This document shows, piece after piece, positions 7,986 through 17,205 of a stretch of DNA of 64,000 nucleotides. The position numbers and the translations under genes are program-made. How positions within the stretch are numbered: position 1 is the stretch's first letter; every line of letters begins with the position of its first letter. Under the pieces are notes generated by a model. That model did not search any database, was not told where the DNA came from, and worked only from the letters and a program-made list of their open reading frames with translations. Source of the stretch: Pseudomonadota bacterium. GTDB lineage: Bacteria; Myxococcota; JACRCW01; JAFGSX01. The stretch covers positions 64,001 to 128,000 of the forward strand of contig JBDRCO010000023.1 of assembly GCA_043821645.1 (NCBI GenBank), written 5' to 3'.

Positions 7986-9758
7986 ATGCCGTTTCTCCGC
8001 TATACGTCCCAGCAAGGACAGGTCGAGCACCTGGAACTGGCCAAACCCGAGGTCATCATCGGACGCCTGTCCAAGTGTGACATCGTTTTGACCCGACCCA
8101 CCGTGTCCCGTCGCCACGCCCGGGTGTACCGGACGGGCAACCACTGGTACATCGCGGACCTCGGGTCCTCCCACGGCACCCTGGTCAACGAGCAGCCAGC
8201 CACGGATCGCGCCCTGGTGGACGGCGACGCCATTCGCATCGGCAGTGCGGCCGTGACCTACCTGGAACGCCAGGACGGCGCACCCGGTCCGTCAGTCCAG
8301 CCTGTTCCCCGCTCGCTCAACCTTGGACTCGGCAGTGACAGCGGCGAGAGCTCCCCGCTGCGCGACCTGGCGACCGAGGACAGCCGCGACGACATCGTGG
8401 CCGAGCAGGCCCTGGACCATGGCCGTCTGATGCAGACCATGGCCCAGGCGCGACGCCTCGACGTCACGCGCATCATCGAGAATCCGCACGCCCTGATGGC
8501 AGACCTGGAAGCCCAGGCCGGCCCGGCCGCCGCCCCGCGCGAGGTCACCCAGCCCAAGATCCCCAGGGCCGGAACGCCTGCCCAGGGCAGCGATGTGGCC
8601 AGCCACCTGCTGACCCTGGTGCGCATCAGCGACGAGCTTCGCCGCGCCACCGACGCCGAGGCGGTGTGCCGGACCTCGGTGGACATGCTCCTGAGCGCCA
8701 CCCGTGCCAGTCGCGGTGTGATCGCCCTGAGCACCCCCGACGGCACCTTCGTCCCCGTGGTGCAGCGGACCCGGGAGGGCGAGGCCAACGTGCGCGTGAG
8801 CCAGACCTTCGTCGACCGCGTGGTGCGCAAGAGGGTCGGCCTGGTGGCCCTGGACACGGGACAGGATCAGGCCCTGTCCATGGCGCGCAGCGTGGTGGCG
8901 TTCAACATCCAGTCCATCCTGTGCGCGCCGCTGTGGGACGGCGAGGACATCCTGGGCTACCTGTACCTGGACAGCACCGGCGTGCATCGCACCTTTGGCC
9001 CCAGTGACCTCGACTTCGCCGTGGCCGTGGGCCACCAGGCTGCCGCCGAGATCAAGCGCTTGCGCCTGGTCGAGCAGATCCGCGAGGAGCAGGAGCGGCG
9101 GCGCAACCTGGGCCGATTCCTGTCCGCCGACGTCATCACCCACATCGAGGAGGAGGCCAAGGCAGGCCGCCTGGACCCCACGCTGTCGGCCAGCGAGCAG
9201 GTGGTGACCATCCTCTTCTCGGACATCAAGGGCTTCACCAGCCTGAGCGAGCGCATGGCACCGGCCGAGGTCAAGAAGTTGCTCGACGACTACTTTGGCC
9301 GCATGACAGAGATCATCGTCGACCGCTACAAGGGCACCCTCGACAAGTACATCGGTGACGCCATCATGGCGCTGTTCGGCGCGCCCTACTCGTCGGGTAC
9401 CGAGAACGATGCCCGCAACGCCGTGGCCGCGGCTGTGGCCATGCGCGACACCGTCGACAAGCTGCGCAAGGAGCGCGACGAGTACGCGCAGGTGCAGATC
9501 CGCCTGGGCATCAACACCGGACGCGTGGTGGCCGGCACCATGGGCTCGCAGCGTCGCCTCGAGTACTCGGTGCTGGGTGACGCGGTCAATGTGGCGAGCC
9601 GCCTGGAGAGCACGGGCGAGGCGGGGGCGATCCAGATCGGTGAGTCCACCTACGAGAAGGTGCGCGACGTCTTCGATTGCCGCTTCTCGGGCGAGCGCAA
9701 GGTCAAGAACAGGGCACAGACCGTCGCCGCATGGTGGGTGATCGGCCCCAAGAAGTAG
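7986..9758 (+). CDS. FHA-GAF-class III adenylate/guanylate cyclase
   Basis: FHA motifs IGR..VSRRHA..GSSHGT; GAF (SILCAPL..ILGYLYLD); cyclase motifs FSDIKGFT, DKYIGDAIM, GDAVNVASRLE. Confidence 0.92.
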   Translation: MPFLRYTSQQGQVEHLELAKPEVIIGRLSKCDIVLTRPTVSRRHARVYRTGNHWYIADLGSSHGTLVNEQPATDRALVDGDAIRIGSAAVTYLERQDGAPGPSVQPVPRSLNLGLGSDSGESSPLRDLATEDSRDDIVAEQALDHGRLMQTMAQARRLDVTRIIENPHALMADLEAQAGPAAAPREVTQPKIPRAGTPAQGSDVASHLLTLVRISDELRRATDAEAVCRTSVDMLLSATRASRGVIALSTPDGTFVPVVQRTREGEANVRVSQTFVDRVVRKRVGLVALDTGQDQALSMARSVVAFNIQSILCAPLWDGEDILGYLYLDSTGVHRTFGPSDLDFAVAVGHQAAAEIKRLRLVEQIREEQERRRNLGRFLSADVITHIEEEAKAGRLDPTLSASEQVVTILFSDIKGFTSLSERMAPAEVKKLLDDYFGRMTEIIVDRYKGTLDKYIGDAIMALFGAPYSSGTENDARNAVAAAVAMRDTVDKLRKERDEYAQVQIRLGINTGRVVAGTMGSQRRLEYSVLGDAVNVASRLESTGEAGAIQIGESTYEKVRDVFDCRFSGERKVKNRAQTVAAWWVIGPKK

Positions 9759-9762
9759 CGCA

Positions 9763-10917
9763 TCAATCCTTTGCAGGGTGGGTCGTCGCTGATTTCTCCT
9801 CGAGCCGGGCGATGCCCGCGTGCAGGAACTTGCTGAGCACGCGCAGGGTTTCCAGCTCGCCCAGCGGCATGGCCACGACGAGGGTGGCCACGTCCCAGCG
9901 TCCACTCAGCCGCGAGGCCAGAAAGGTCTCGCGGTGGTTCAGGTGGTAGCGGTCCAGCGCTGTGATCGGAACGCTCAGCACCGGCGTCCAGTGCGGCGGG
10001 ATCTCCTGATACAGGGCCTCGAGATGTCGCGCCCGGACCTCGCGCAGCAGGCTGCGGACCTGGGCATCATCGGGCGCCACGTTGCTGGCCATCAGGAGCA
10101 GTTCTCCGGCCTCGACAAACTGCTTCTCGGCCATGAGCACCTGCGCGCTGTCCAGCAGCATGCGTTGCGGCCCGTTGCCACCCTCGGTCAGGTGATCGCC
10201 GGGAGCCGCCTCGGCGGAGACCAGGCCGAGCTGGTAGGCGCGGAACAAGGTCTGGTAGGCGTCAAAATGGCTGCTGCCAAGCCGGAGACACAGTTCCTGA
10301 CAGGCCATGGGCTGACCGTACTGACGCAGGATCTGCCATGCTGGATTGCTGCTGTTGCCGTCGAGGGCGCGAACCACGGTCATGTCACTGGGGAAGGCTG
10401 TGCGGATGCGCTGCCATTCGTCAAGGCGGCGCATGCCCTCGAACAGCAAGGAACGGGTGGACACCGCCGGCTCCAGGCGGCTGCTCGCCGGCAGATCGTG
10501 GGGTGTCAGGAGCTGGGCACTCGACCCCTGTTCCGAGAACAGAAAGCTCCCCTCGTCGCGGAAGAACAGGTCGAGGACACGGCTCATGGTGTGTTCGCGA
10601 TGGATCCGCGCCAGGGCCCTGTCGTCGATCCATCCCTTGCGGAACAGCACCTCGACCAGGCTGGCCCCCTGCCGGGTCTCCTGCACCGCCTGGTACAGCC
10701 TGTCCTCGTCGAGCACGCCGGAGCCCAGGAGATCCTGTCCCAGGTCGCGTTGCATGGACTCGCCGGTGTGCAGCGCCGCCAGGTCGCCCCGGGCAAACAC
10801 CAGGATCGTGTCCACCATGTCGACGGTGAGCGTCAGGACCCCCGACTTGGTGGATCCGTGCAGCCACTGCAGCAGATCGCACAGAGGCATGGTGTCCAGG
10901 GTCCCGGAGAGCGACAT
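9763..10917 (-). CDS. DUF4388 (PatA-N-like) domain protein
   Basis: N-terminus LSGTLDTMPLCDLLQWL..KSGVLTL; later LLFEGMRRLDEW. Confidence 0.8.
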   Translation of the reverse strand: MSLSGTLDTMPLCDLLQWLHGSTKSGVLTLTVDMVDTILVFARGDLAALHTGESMQRDLGQDLLGSGVLDEDRLYQAVQETRQGASLVEVLFRKGWIDDRALARIHREHTMSRVLDLFFRDEGSFLFSEQGSSAQLLTPHDLPASSRLEPAVSTRSLLFEGMRRLDEWQRIRTAFPSDMTVVRALDGNSSNPAWQILRQYGQPMACQELCLRLGSSHFDAYQTLFRAYQLGLVSAEAAPGDHLTEGGNGPQRMLLDSAQVLMAEKQFVEAGELLLMASNVAPDDAQVRSLLREVRARHLEALYQEIPPHWTPVLSVPITALDRYHLNHRETFLASRLSGRWDVATLVVAMPLGELETLRVLSKFLHAGIARLEEKSATTHPAKD

Positions 10918-10976
10918 GCTTGAGTCTCCAAACCCGCATGTTTGTCAATGCACGTCCGGGTGTAAAGCGGGCTAGC

Positions 10977-12113
10977 TCAGCGCAGCGCGGTGCCCACCGC
11001 AACACCGACGAAGGTGGCCACGGCGTAGCCCAGGGTGCCGCACAGGATGGCGGGAATGACCAGCCTCTCCCAGCGCCGGGCAGCAGCCATCGCTGCAGCG
11101 GTGGTCGGGCCCCCCATGTTGGCGTTGCTGGCGATGACCACCTCGGCGAGATCCAGGCGCAGCAACCATCCGGCGAGGAGGATGGTGATCAGGTGCACCA
11201 GCAGGATGAGGCCTGCGAAGGCGAACAGCACGGGCCCCACCCGCAGCACCACGTGAATGCTCGCGCTGGCGCCGATCGCCGCGAAGAAGACCTGCATGAG
11301 CAGTCCCCCCAGCATCTCGGCACCGCGAATGGCAGCGAGCCAGCGCGGCGCGAGAGTGGCCAGGGTGACGACGAGCGCGGTCAGGATGAGGATGCCGCTC
11401 CCCTTGAGGTTCAGCAGCTTCTCGAGGCCGAAGGACAGGGCACAAAGTAGCGCGCTCAGGCTCAGTGCGGTCGCCATGTCGAGCAGACCTGGCCTGTTGT
11501 CCGTGGTGCCATCGGCCGGTCCTGCCTCGACCAGGTTCTCGTGGCCGCGATCGCGGTAGCGCCGGCGCAGCCAGCTCCACGACGGCAGCGCGAACAGCAC
11601 CAGAAAGTACACGGTCATGACGAGGTTGTCGGCTGCGACGCCCGCCGCCAGCAGATCTCCCGAGGTCAGGCCCGTGGCCCCGGCCGCAGCGACGTAGTTG
11701 AGCGAACCACCGACGTAGGTGGCGCAGAAGATCGCCGCCAGCTGCCAGCCGTGCTCCCCGAGGGGGATGAGGTGATAGGCCAGCACCGTCCCGAACACCG
11801 TTCCCACTCCACCCGCGAGGTATGCCACGAGCGTGGGTCCCGCCTCGCGCACGATGCGCCGCAGGTTGGCCCGAAACAGCAGCAAGGGGATGGCGAGGGG
11901 AACCAGGTAGGCCCACACGGCGTCATAGGTGGGGGCATCGCTCGGGATGAGACGCAGGTTGGACAGCACGAAGGTCACGAGGATGGCCACCACGACCGCG
12001 GACAGGCGTGCTCCCCAGCGTGTGCGCTCTGCCCACAGGCCAGCGGCGGCAGCACCGAGCAGCACTGCCCACAGTGCCCAGTGTTGATCGGCTGTGATCA
12101 GGGTGTCCGCCAT
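10977..12113 (-). CDS. DUF819-family multi-pass membrane protein
   Basis: ATG 12113 after GGAG; ~10 TM segments; motifs ATYVGGSLNY and IASNANMGGPTTAAAMA. Confidence 0.8.
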   Translation of the reverse strand: MADTLITADQHWALWAVLLGAAAAGLWAERTRWGARLSAVVVAILVTFVLSNLRLIPSDAPTYDAVWAYLVPLAIPLLLFRANLRRIVREAGPTLVAYLAGGVGTVFGTVLAYHLIPLGEHGWQLAAIFCATYVGGSLNYVAAAGATGLTSGDLLAAGVAADNLVMTVYFLVLFALPSWSWLRRRYRDRGHENLVEAGPADGTTDNRPGLLDMATALSLSALLCALSFGLEKLLNLKGSGILILTALVVTLATLAPRWLAAIRGAEMLGGLLMQVFFAAIGASASIHVVLRVGPVLFAFAGLILLVHLITILLAGWLLRLDLAEVVIASNANMGGPTTAAAMAAARRWERLVIPAILCGTLGYAVATFVGVAVGTALR

Positions 12114-12251
12114 CTGCTCCTCGTCGCATGCGGTCGCGATCGCGCAAGGTAGCGTCGAGGCCGCGCGGGCACAAGGAGGGTTCGCGGCCCCTGTGACCTT
12201 GTCCGCGCTGGGTGCCTCGGGTAGATTGACCCGCCCCGTGACGAGGTAGTC

Positions 12252-14000
12252 ATGATGTTCACGCGAATCCTGCTGGCCTGCGCGACCCTGGCGACGCTGC
12301 CCGCCACCGTGCAGGCGGTCGAGGTCTATCCTCTGGACAAGGTGAATCGGGGGCTCAAGGGCCAGGGCGTCACCGTGATCGCCGGCGATGCTTTGACGCG
12401 GTTCGGGGTCACGGTGCTGGGTGTCCTGCCAGACTTCATCGGTCCGGGCCAGGACCTGATCCTCGCCCGCCTCGACGGCACCGAGGTCGAGTACACAGGC
12501 GTCATCTCGGGCATGAGCGGGTCCCCCGTGTACGTCGACGGCAAGCTGCTGGGCGCCGTGTCCTATCGCCTGGGCATGTTCAGCAAGGAGCCCATCGCCG
12601 GCATCACACCGGCGGCCCTCATGCTCGCTGCAGCAACACCCGCCGCCGCTCCGCGGGCACGTCGCACCCAGGTCACCGACGATGTGGACCTGCAGCAGCT
12701 GCGCCCCATCGACACACCCCTCGTCGTGGCGGGGGCACCGCCGGGTCTGATCGAATTCTACGCACCGCGTCTTCGCGAGCACGGCTTGATCGCGGTACGC
12801 GGAGGCGCTGGCGCACGCAGCGCGGCGCCTGCCAAACCCTTCGTGCCTGGTGGTGCCATGGCGGGGGTGCTGGTCGACGGGGACATCAACCTGGCTGCCA
12901 CGGGCACGGTGACCCTGGTCGAGGGAACGCGGATCATCGGTTTCGGACACCCTTTTCTGGGGCGAGGCGCCAGTGCCATTCCGCTCGCCACCGCAGAGAT
13001 CGTGGCCACGCTGCCATCGCTGGCTGGCTCCTCCAAGATCGGCGTGGTGACCGGCCTCGTGGGCACCCTCGTCGACGATCGATCCACGGCGGTGGTCGGG
13101 GAGGTGGGAGCCCTCCCTCCCATGGTGTCCCTGCAGCTCGACCTGGATGGCGATCCGCACCTGCTCGGTCACGACCAGAGCCGGGTGTTCCGTTTCAAGG
13201 TATTTCAGGACCCGACCCTGACGCCGCTGTTCGTCGAGCTGGCGATGGCCTCGGCCCTGGGGGGACGGGTAGGCTTCAACGCCGGTGGCAGCGCCGAGCT
13301 CCGGGTGAGCATCCAGGTGCCAGGTCGCACAGAACTCCGCATCGAGGAGAGGGTGTCGGTCAGCGACGGCGGCAGCGTGGCAGCAGTCGCCGCGAGGCTG
13401 GTCGGGAGTGCGGTGGGGACGCTGTGGAGCAATCGCTTCGAGCCTCTGCCCGGACTGCGCGTGACCGTGCGCGCGCGGCTGGCACGAGAACCCAGGCAGG
13501 CCACGTTGGTCAGCGCGCGGATCAGCCCGCCGGCGCTGCGCGCGGGAGAGTCGGCCGAGATCGAGGTGCAGCTGCAGGACTACCACGGTCAGCGCCGCAC
13601 CCTGAGGCAGCGCGTGAGCGTCCCCGAAGGGGAAGCCCCCGGCACCCTGCGGCTCCTCGTCGGTGGCGACGAGGCCGTGCGCAAGCTGGACCAGGATGCG
13701 GGACGAGATCGCGTGCCCACCACCCTCGATGACATCCTGCACTCCCTGGCGCAGCGCCGACAGGGTGATCGCCTGTACCTGGTGCTGGCGCGCGAGGACG
13801 CTGGCCTGCGCGTCGACGGAACCGCCCTGCCTGGCCTGCCACCGTCCATGCTTGGCGTACTGTCGAGGGGGAGTGAGGGCGTGCTGCGAGCTGCAACGAC
13901 CCAGCGCATCATCAATGAACAGAGCCTGGACCCCGGGCTGGTGATCCAGGGACAGATCTCGCTCGAGCTCGAGCTGTTGCCTCAGAGAGTATCCCCATGA
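12252..14000 (+). CDS. Secreted SpoIVB-like peptidase (S55 domain)
   Basis: Signal peptide; GVISGMSGSPVYVDGKLLGAVSY; TGTVT..IIGFGHPF. Confidence 0.85.
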   Translation: MMFTRILLACATLATLPATVQAVEVYPLDKVNRGLKGQGVTVIAGDALTRFGVTVLGVLPDFIGPGQDLILARLDGTEVEYTGVISGMSGSPVYVDGKLLGAVSYRLGMFSKEPIAGITPAALMLAAATPAAAPRARRTQVTDDVDLQQLRPIDTPLVVAGAPPGLIEFYAPRLREHGLIAVRGGAGARSAAPAKPFVPGGAMAGVLVDGDINLAATGTVTLVEGTRIIGFGHPFLGRGASAIPLATAEIVATLPSLAGSSKIGVVTGLVGTLVDDRSTAVVGEVGALPPMVSLQLDLDGDPHLLGHDQSRVFRFKVFQDPTLTPLFVELAMASALGGRVGFNAGGSAELRVSIQVPGRTELRIEERVSVSDGGSVAAVAARLVGSAVGTLWSNRFEPLPGLRVTVRARLAREPRQATLVSARISPPALRAGESAEIEVQLQDYHGQRRTLRQRVSVPEGEAPGTLRLLVGGDEAVRKLDQDAGRDRVPTTLDDILHSLAQRRQGDRLYLVLAREDAGLRVDGTALPGLPPSMLGVLSRGSEGVLRAATTQRIINEQSLDPGLVIQGQISLELELLPQRVSP

Positions 14001-16135
14001 CGCCGACTTCCGTCCTGCTCTGCGTGGTCCTGACCTCACCTGGCGTGACCACGCGCTACCATCAGCTGCCCGACTTCGAATCCCTAGCCCGGGGCGAGCC
14101 CCTGTCTACCATCCTGACCTCGGACGGTGTGGTCACCCTGGGCCCAGCGATCCAGCCCCCGGTCGAGCTCAAGGCAGCGCGCATCCTGGCCGCGATTCCC
14201 GACGGCAAGGGCGGCGTCTTGCTGGCGATGTCCGAGCCAGGGCAGGTCCTTCAGGTCGACCGCAGCGGCGCACGACGGGCGCTGTTCGTGGCGAAGGAGC
14301 CGCTGGTCACAGCCCTGGCGCGCGATGACCGAGGTGTCATCTACGCAGCCACAGCTCCCGAGGGCAAGATCTACAAGATCGATCCCACGCGCAAGGGCGC
14401 CACCGAGTACTTCACGGCGCCGGGCAAATACGTGTGGGCCATGGTTCACGACGGACGCACTCTGTGGGCCGCGCAAGGTCTGGATGGCGCACTGTACAGG
14501 ATCGAGCGAGAGGGCTCGGGTAGCATGGTCGGCACGGTGAAGGAGAAACACCTGCGGGCCCTGGCGCTGGGACCTGCCAAGGGAGGTCGGCGATTGGTGG
14601 CGGGTGGCGGCGAGAAGGGCATCGTCTACGCCCTGCGCGAGGATGGGACGCTGGGAGCCCTCTACGACTCGACTCTCGAGGAGGTCACCTCGCTTGCCGT
14701 CGCGGACGACGGCACGGTGTACGCGGCTGTCGTGAGCGCCAGTGACAAGCCCGGCAGCGACGATCCCGAGAAGCGCAAGGACGTCGCGGAGAGCGGCGGT
14801 GACAAGGAGCCCAAAGCCCGTGAAGTCAAGTCCAGCGAGGTGGTTCGCATCGCTCCCGACGGCGAGGTGCGGCTGCTGTTCAAGTCCCGCACGGATGGCG
14901 CCTACGCCCTGGCCCTGAGTGGTGACCGGCTGTACATCGGAACCGGCGGGCGCGGACGGCTCTACCACGTCGAGCTGGACACCCGGGCCGCCCTCGCCGT
15001 GGACGCCAAGATCGACTCCGCGGAGATCACGGCCCTGGCCGCCGCCAGCGACGGAGTGCTGTGGATCGCGGCCAGCACACCCGGTGCCGTACTGCAGGTG
15101 AGCGCTCCTCTGGCGCGGGAGGGTGTGTATCTGAGCGCAGCCCTCGATGCCAAGCGCAGTGCACGCTACGGCGCTCTGCGTGCGGAGTTCGATGCCCCGG
15201 CCGGGACCTCGCTGGGCTGTGCCCTGCGCCAGGGCAACACCGCCGAGGTGGACGCGAGCTGGGGTCCCTTCGTCGAGGTGGAGCTGAACCGGGCGGGCAC
15301 ACTTCCCCTCGCCAGTCGCTACGTGCAGATCCGCGCCACCCTGCGCGGCACCGGAAGCGTGGCACCGCGACTGCGCAACCTCGAGCTGGCCTACCGGACC
15401 TCCAACCAGCCGCCCCGGATCCAGTCCATCGAGGTGCTGGCGCCCGGGGTTCGCGTCGAGGCCATGCCCGACGACGAGCCCAAGGGCCGGACCTTCAACG
15501 TCTCGAGTTCGGCCTTTGACGACTTTCGCTACACCCCTGGCAAACCGGTGCTGCCGGCGGAGCCCAAGCCCCGCGCCCGGCAGACCTACGAGACCGGCTG
15601 GCGCACCATCGTCTGGAACGCCCAGGACGACGACGGCGACGACCTCAGCGCTGATGTGACCCTGCTTGGCCTCGACGAGAAGTTCGAGCTCCCCCTCGGC
15701 AAGAGCCTGCGCCAGAGCTTCGTGACCTTTGCCTCGGAGCGGCTGCCGGATGGCCGCTACCGCGCCCGGGTCCTGGTGCGCGATGACCCGGACAACGCCA
15801 CGGGTGAGGTCGCCAAGGCCACGCTGGACGGCCCGCCCTTCGTCATCGACCACACCGAGCCCGAGCTGAAGGACCTGCGCGCCGAGCGCAGAGGCAAGCG
15901 CCTGCAGATCCAGCTGGCGGTTCGCGACCGCACGGCCTTGCGGGGTGCCTGGTGTAGCCAGGATGGCCAGGGCTGGATCGCCATGGCCGCCCGGGATGGC
16001 ATGGTGGATGAGCCAGAGGAGAGCTTCGCCGGTGTCCTGGAGCTGGGGTCGGGTCCGCAACGTCCCATCGTCCTTCGCTGCGCGGCCGAGGATCTGGTGG
16101 GCAACCGAGGCCTGGCCGAGATCCGGGTTCGCTGA
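13997..16135 (+). CDS. Secreted beta-propeller protein with C-terminal Ig/FN3-like domains
   Basis: Repeated (V/I)xALAxxxDGxxYAA blades; ATGA overlap with the upstream peptidase gene. Confidence 0.75.
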   Translation: MTPTSVLLCVVLTSPGVTTRYHQLPDFESLARGEPLSTILTSDGVVTLGPAIQPPVELKAARILAAIPDGKGGVLLAMSEPGQVLQVDRSGARRALFVAKEPLVTALARDDRGVIYAATAPEGKIYKIDPTRKGATEYFTAPGKYVWAMVHDGRTLWAAQGLDGALYRIEREGSGSMVGTVKEKHLRALALGPAKGGRRLVAGGGEKGIVYALREDGTLGALYDSTLEEVTSLAVADDGTVYAAVVSASDKPGSDDPEKRKDVAESGGDKEPKAREVKSSEVVRIAPDGEVRLLFKSRTDGAYALALSGDRLYIGTGGRGRLYHVELDTRAALAVDAKIDSAEITALAAASDGVLWIAASTPGAVLQVSAPLAREGVYLSAALDAKRSARYGALRAEFDAPAGTSLGCALRQGNTAEVDASWGPFVEVELNRAGTLPLASRYVQIRATLRGTGSVAPRLRNLELAYRTSNQPPRIQSIEVLAPGVRVEAMPDDEPKGRTFNVSSSAFDDFRYTPGKPVLPAEPKPRARQTYETGWRTIVWNAQDDDGDDLSADVTLLGLDEKFELPLGKSLRQSFVTFASERLPDGRYRARVLVRDDPDNATGEVAKATLDGPPFVIDHTEPELKDLRAERRGKRLQIQLAVRDRTALRGAWCSQDGQGWIAMAARDGMVDEPEESFAGVLELGSGPQRPIVLRCAAEDLVGNRGLAEIRVR

Positions 16136-16200
16136 TTCGTGGTCCCCCTTTTCTGCGCGCCCCTTCGGAGGATATTTCTCGGTACGGGGCGGAGGCGCGG

Positions 16201-17004
16201 TTGACCAAGTGGTTGCTGTTCTCGGCTGTCTGGTGGGTGACCGGTAATCCGATCCTCGCCATCATCGTCATGCTGCTCGCGGCATGGGCCGCCGAGCGCA
16301 CCTTCGTCGGTGTGCTGCCGGACCCCCTGCGCGGATTTCGTGCCTGGCGACAGCGCAGTGAATGGCTGCACTGCATCGAAAACAACCCGGTGGACGGTCC
16401 TTGCCTGCTCTGCCTGGGACGCGACGCCGTGGAGCGCTGGAGACACCGCCAGGCCCATCCCTACCTGCAGCGCGCCCTGGAACGCATGCCCCGGGAGCCC
16501 GAGGCGCGCTACCTGCTCGGTCTGGCCGAGATCGGTTGTCGGGACGTGGAAGCCGGTCTCGTGCGCATCCGCGCCCTGCTCGAGGAGCAACCACGCTACC
16601 GCTTCGGGGAACCCTGGCTCGAGGTGGGCGCGAGGTTGCTGAGCATCGGGGAGCATGTCCAGGCCAGGCAGGCGCTCGAGGGCTTTCTGCAGATCCAGCC
16701 CTCGTCGGTCCGCGGCCATTTCCTGCTCGGTGTGGCCCTGGCCCGCGGCGGCGATCGGGAGGGTTCCCGTCGCGAGAAACGACGGGCCTGGGAAGAGTTC
16801 CTCACCCAGCCGCGCTTCCGCCGCAAGGTGGACCGGCGCTACGCCTGGCGTGCCAACCCTTCGCGACCGCTGCTCTATGCCGCCATCGCCGCGGTGCTGT
16901 CCCTCGTCCTGGGCGCAGGCCTGTGGCAGGTGGCGCCCAGACTGCGGCAGTCGGTGCAGCCGCCTCCCATCAGTGACGTCGACGAGGGCGATCCTGCTCC
17001 CTGA
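16201..17004 (+). CDS. Membrane-anchored TPR-like protein
   Basis: N-terminal TM pair (TGNPILAIIV), helical TPR-like repeats (EARYLLGLA, GHFLLGVALA), C-terminal TM; TTG start after GGAGG. Confidence 0.7.
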   Translation: MTKWLLFSAVWWVTGNPILAIIVMLLAAWAAERTFVGVLPDPLRGFRAWRQRSEWLHCIENNPVDGPCLLCLGRDAVERWRHRQAHPYLQRALERMPREPEARYLLGLAEIGCRDVEAGLVRIRALLEEQPRYRFGEPWLEVGARLLSIGEHVQARQALEGFLQIQPSSVRGHFLLGVALARGGDREGSRREKRRAWEEFLTQPRFRRKVDRRYAWRANPSRPLLYAAIAAVLSLVLGAGLWQVAPRLRQSVQPPPISDVDEGDPAP

Positions 17005-17205
17005 CGCGACAGTGTCGCCGACCACCCGCGCAGCCGCGTGTCGTGGTTGCAGCCGGGGCGGACCGGACCGCGGGCATCCGCTGGGCTGGCGGCACTTCGC
17101 ATCGTTGCATGGCCAACAGCGGCCACCAGGTCGACACCACGGGCCGGTCCGCGACACCGCGAGGGATCGACCTGCCCTGAGTCTGGGCATACCATTCCCG
17201 TGCTC

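Noticed and set aside
10977-14039. 1020-aa minus-strand ORF as one protein
   Set aside because: Only the last 378 codons look like a real membrane protein; the upstream part is antisense to the S55 peptidase gene
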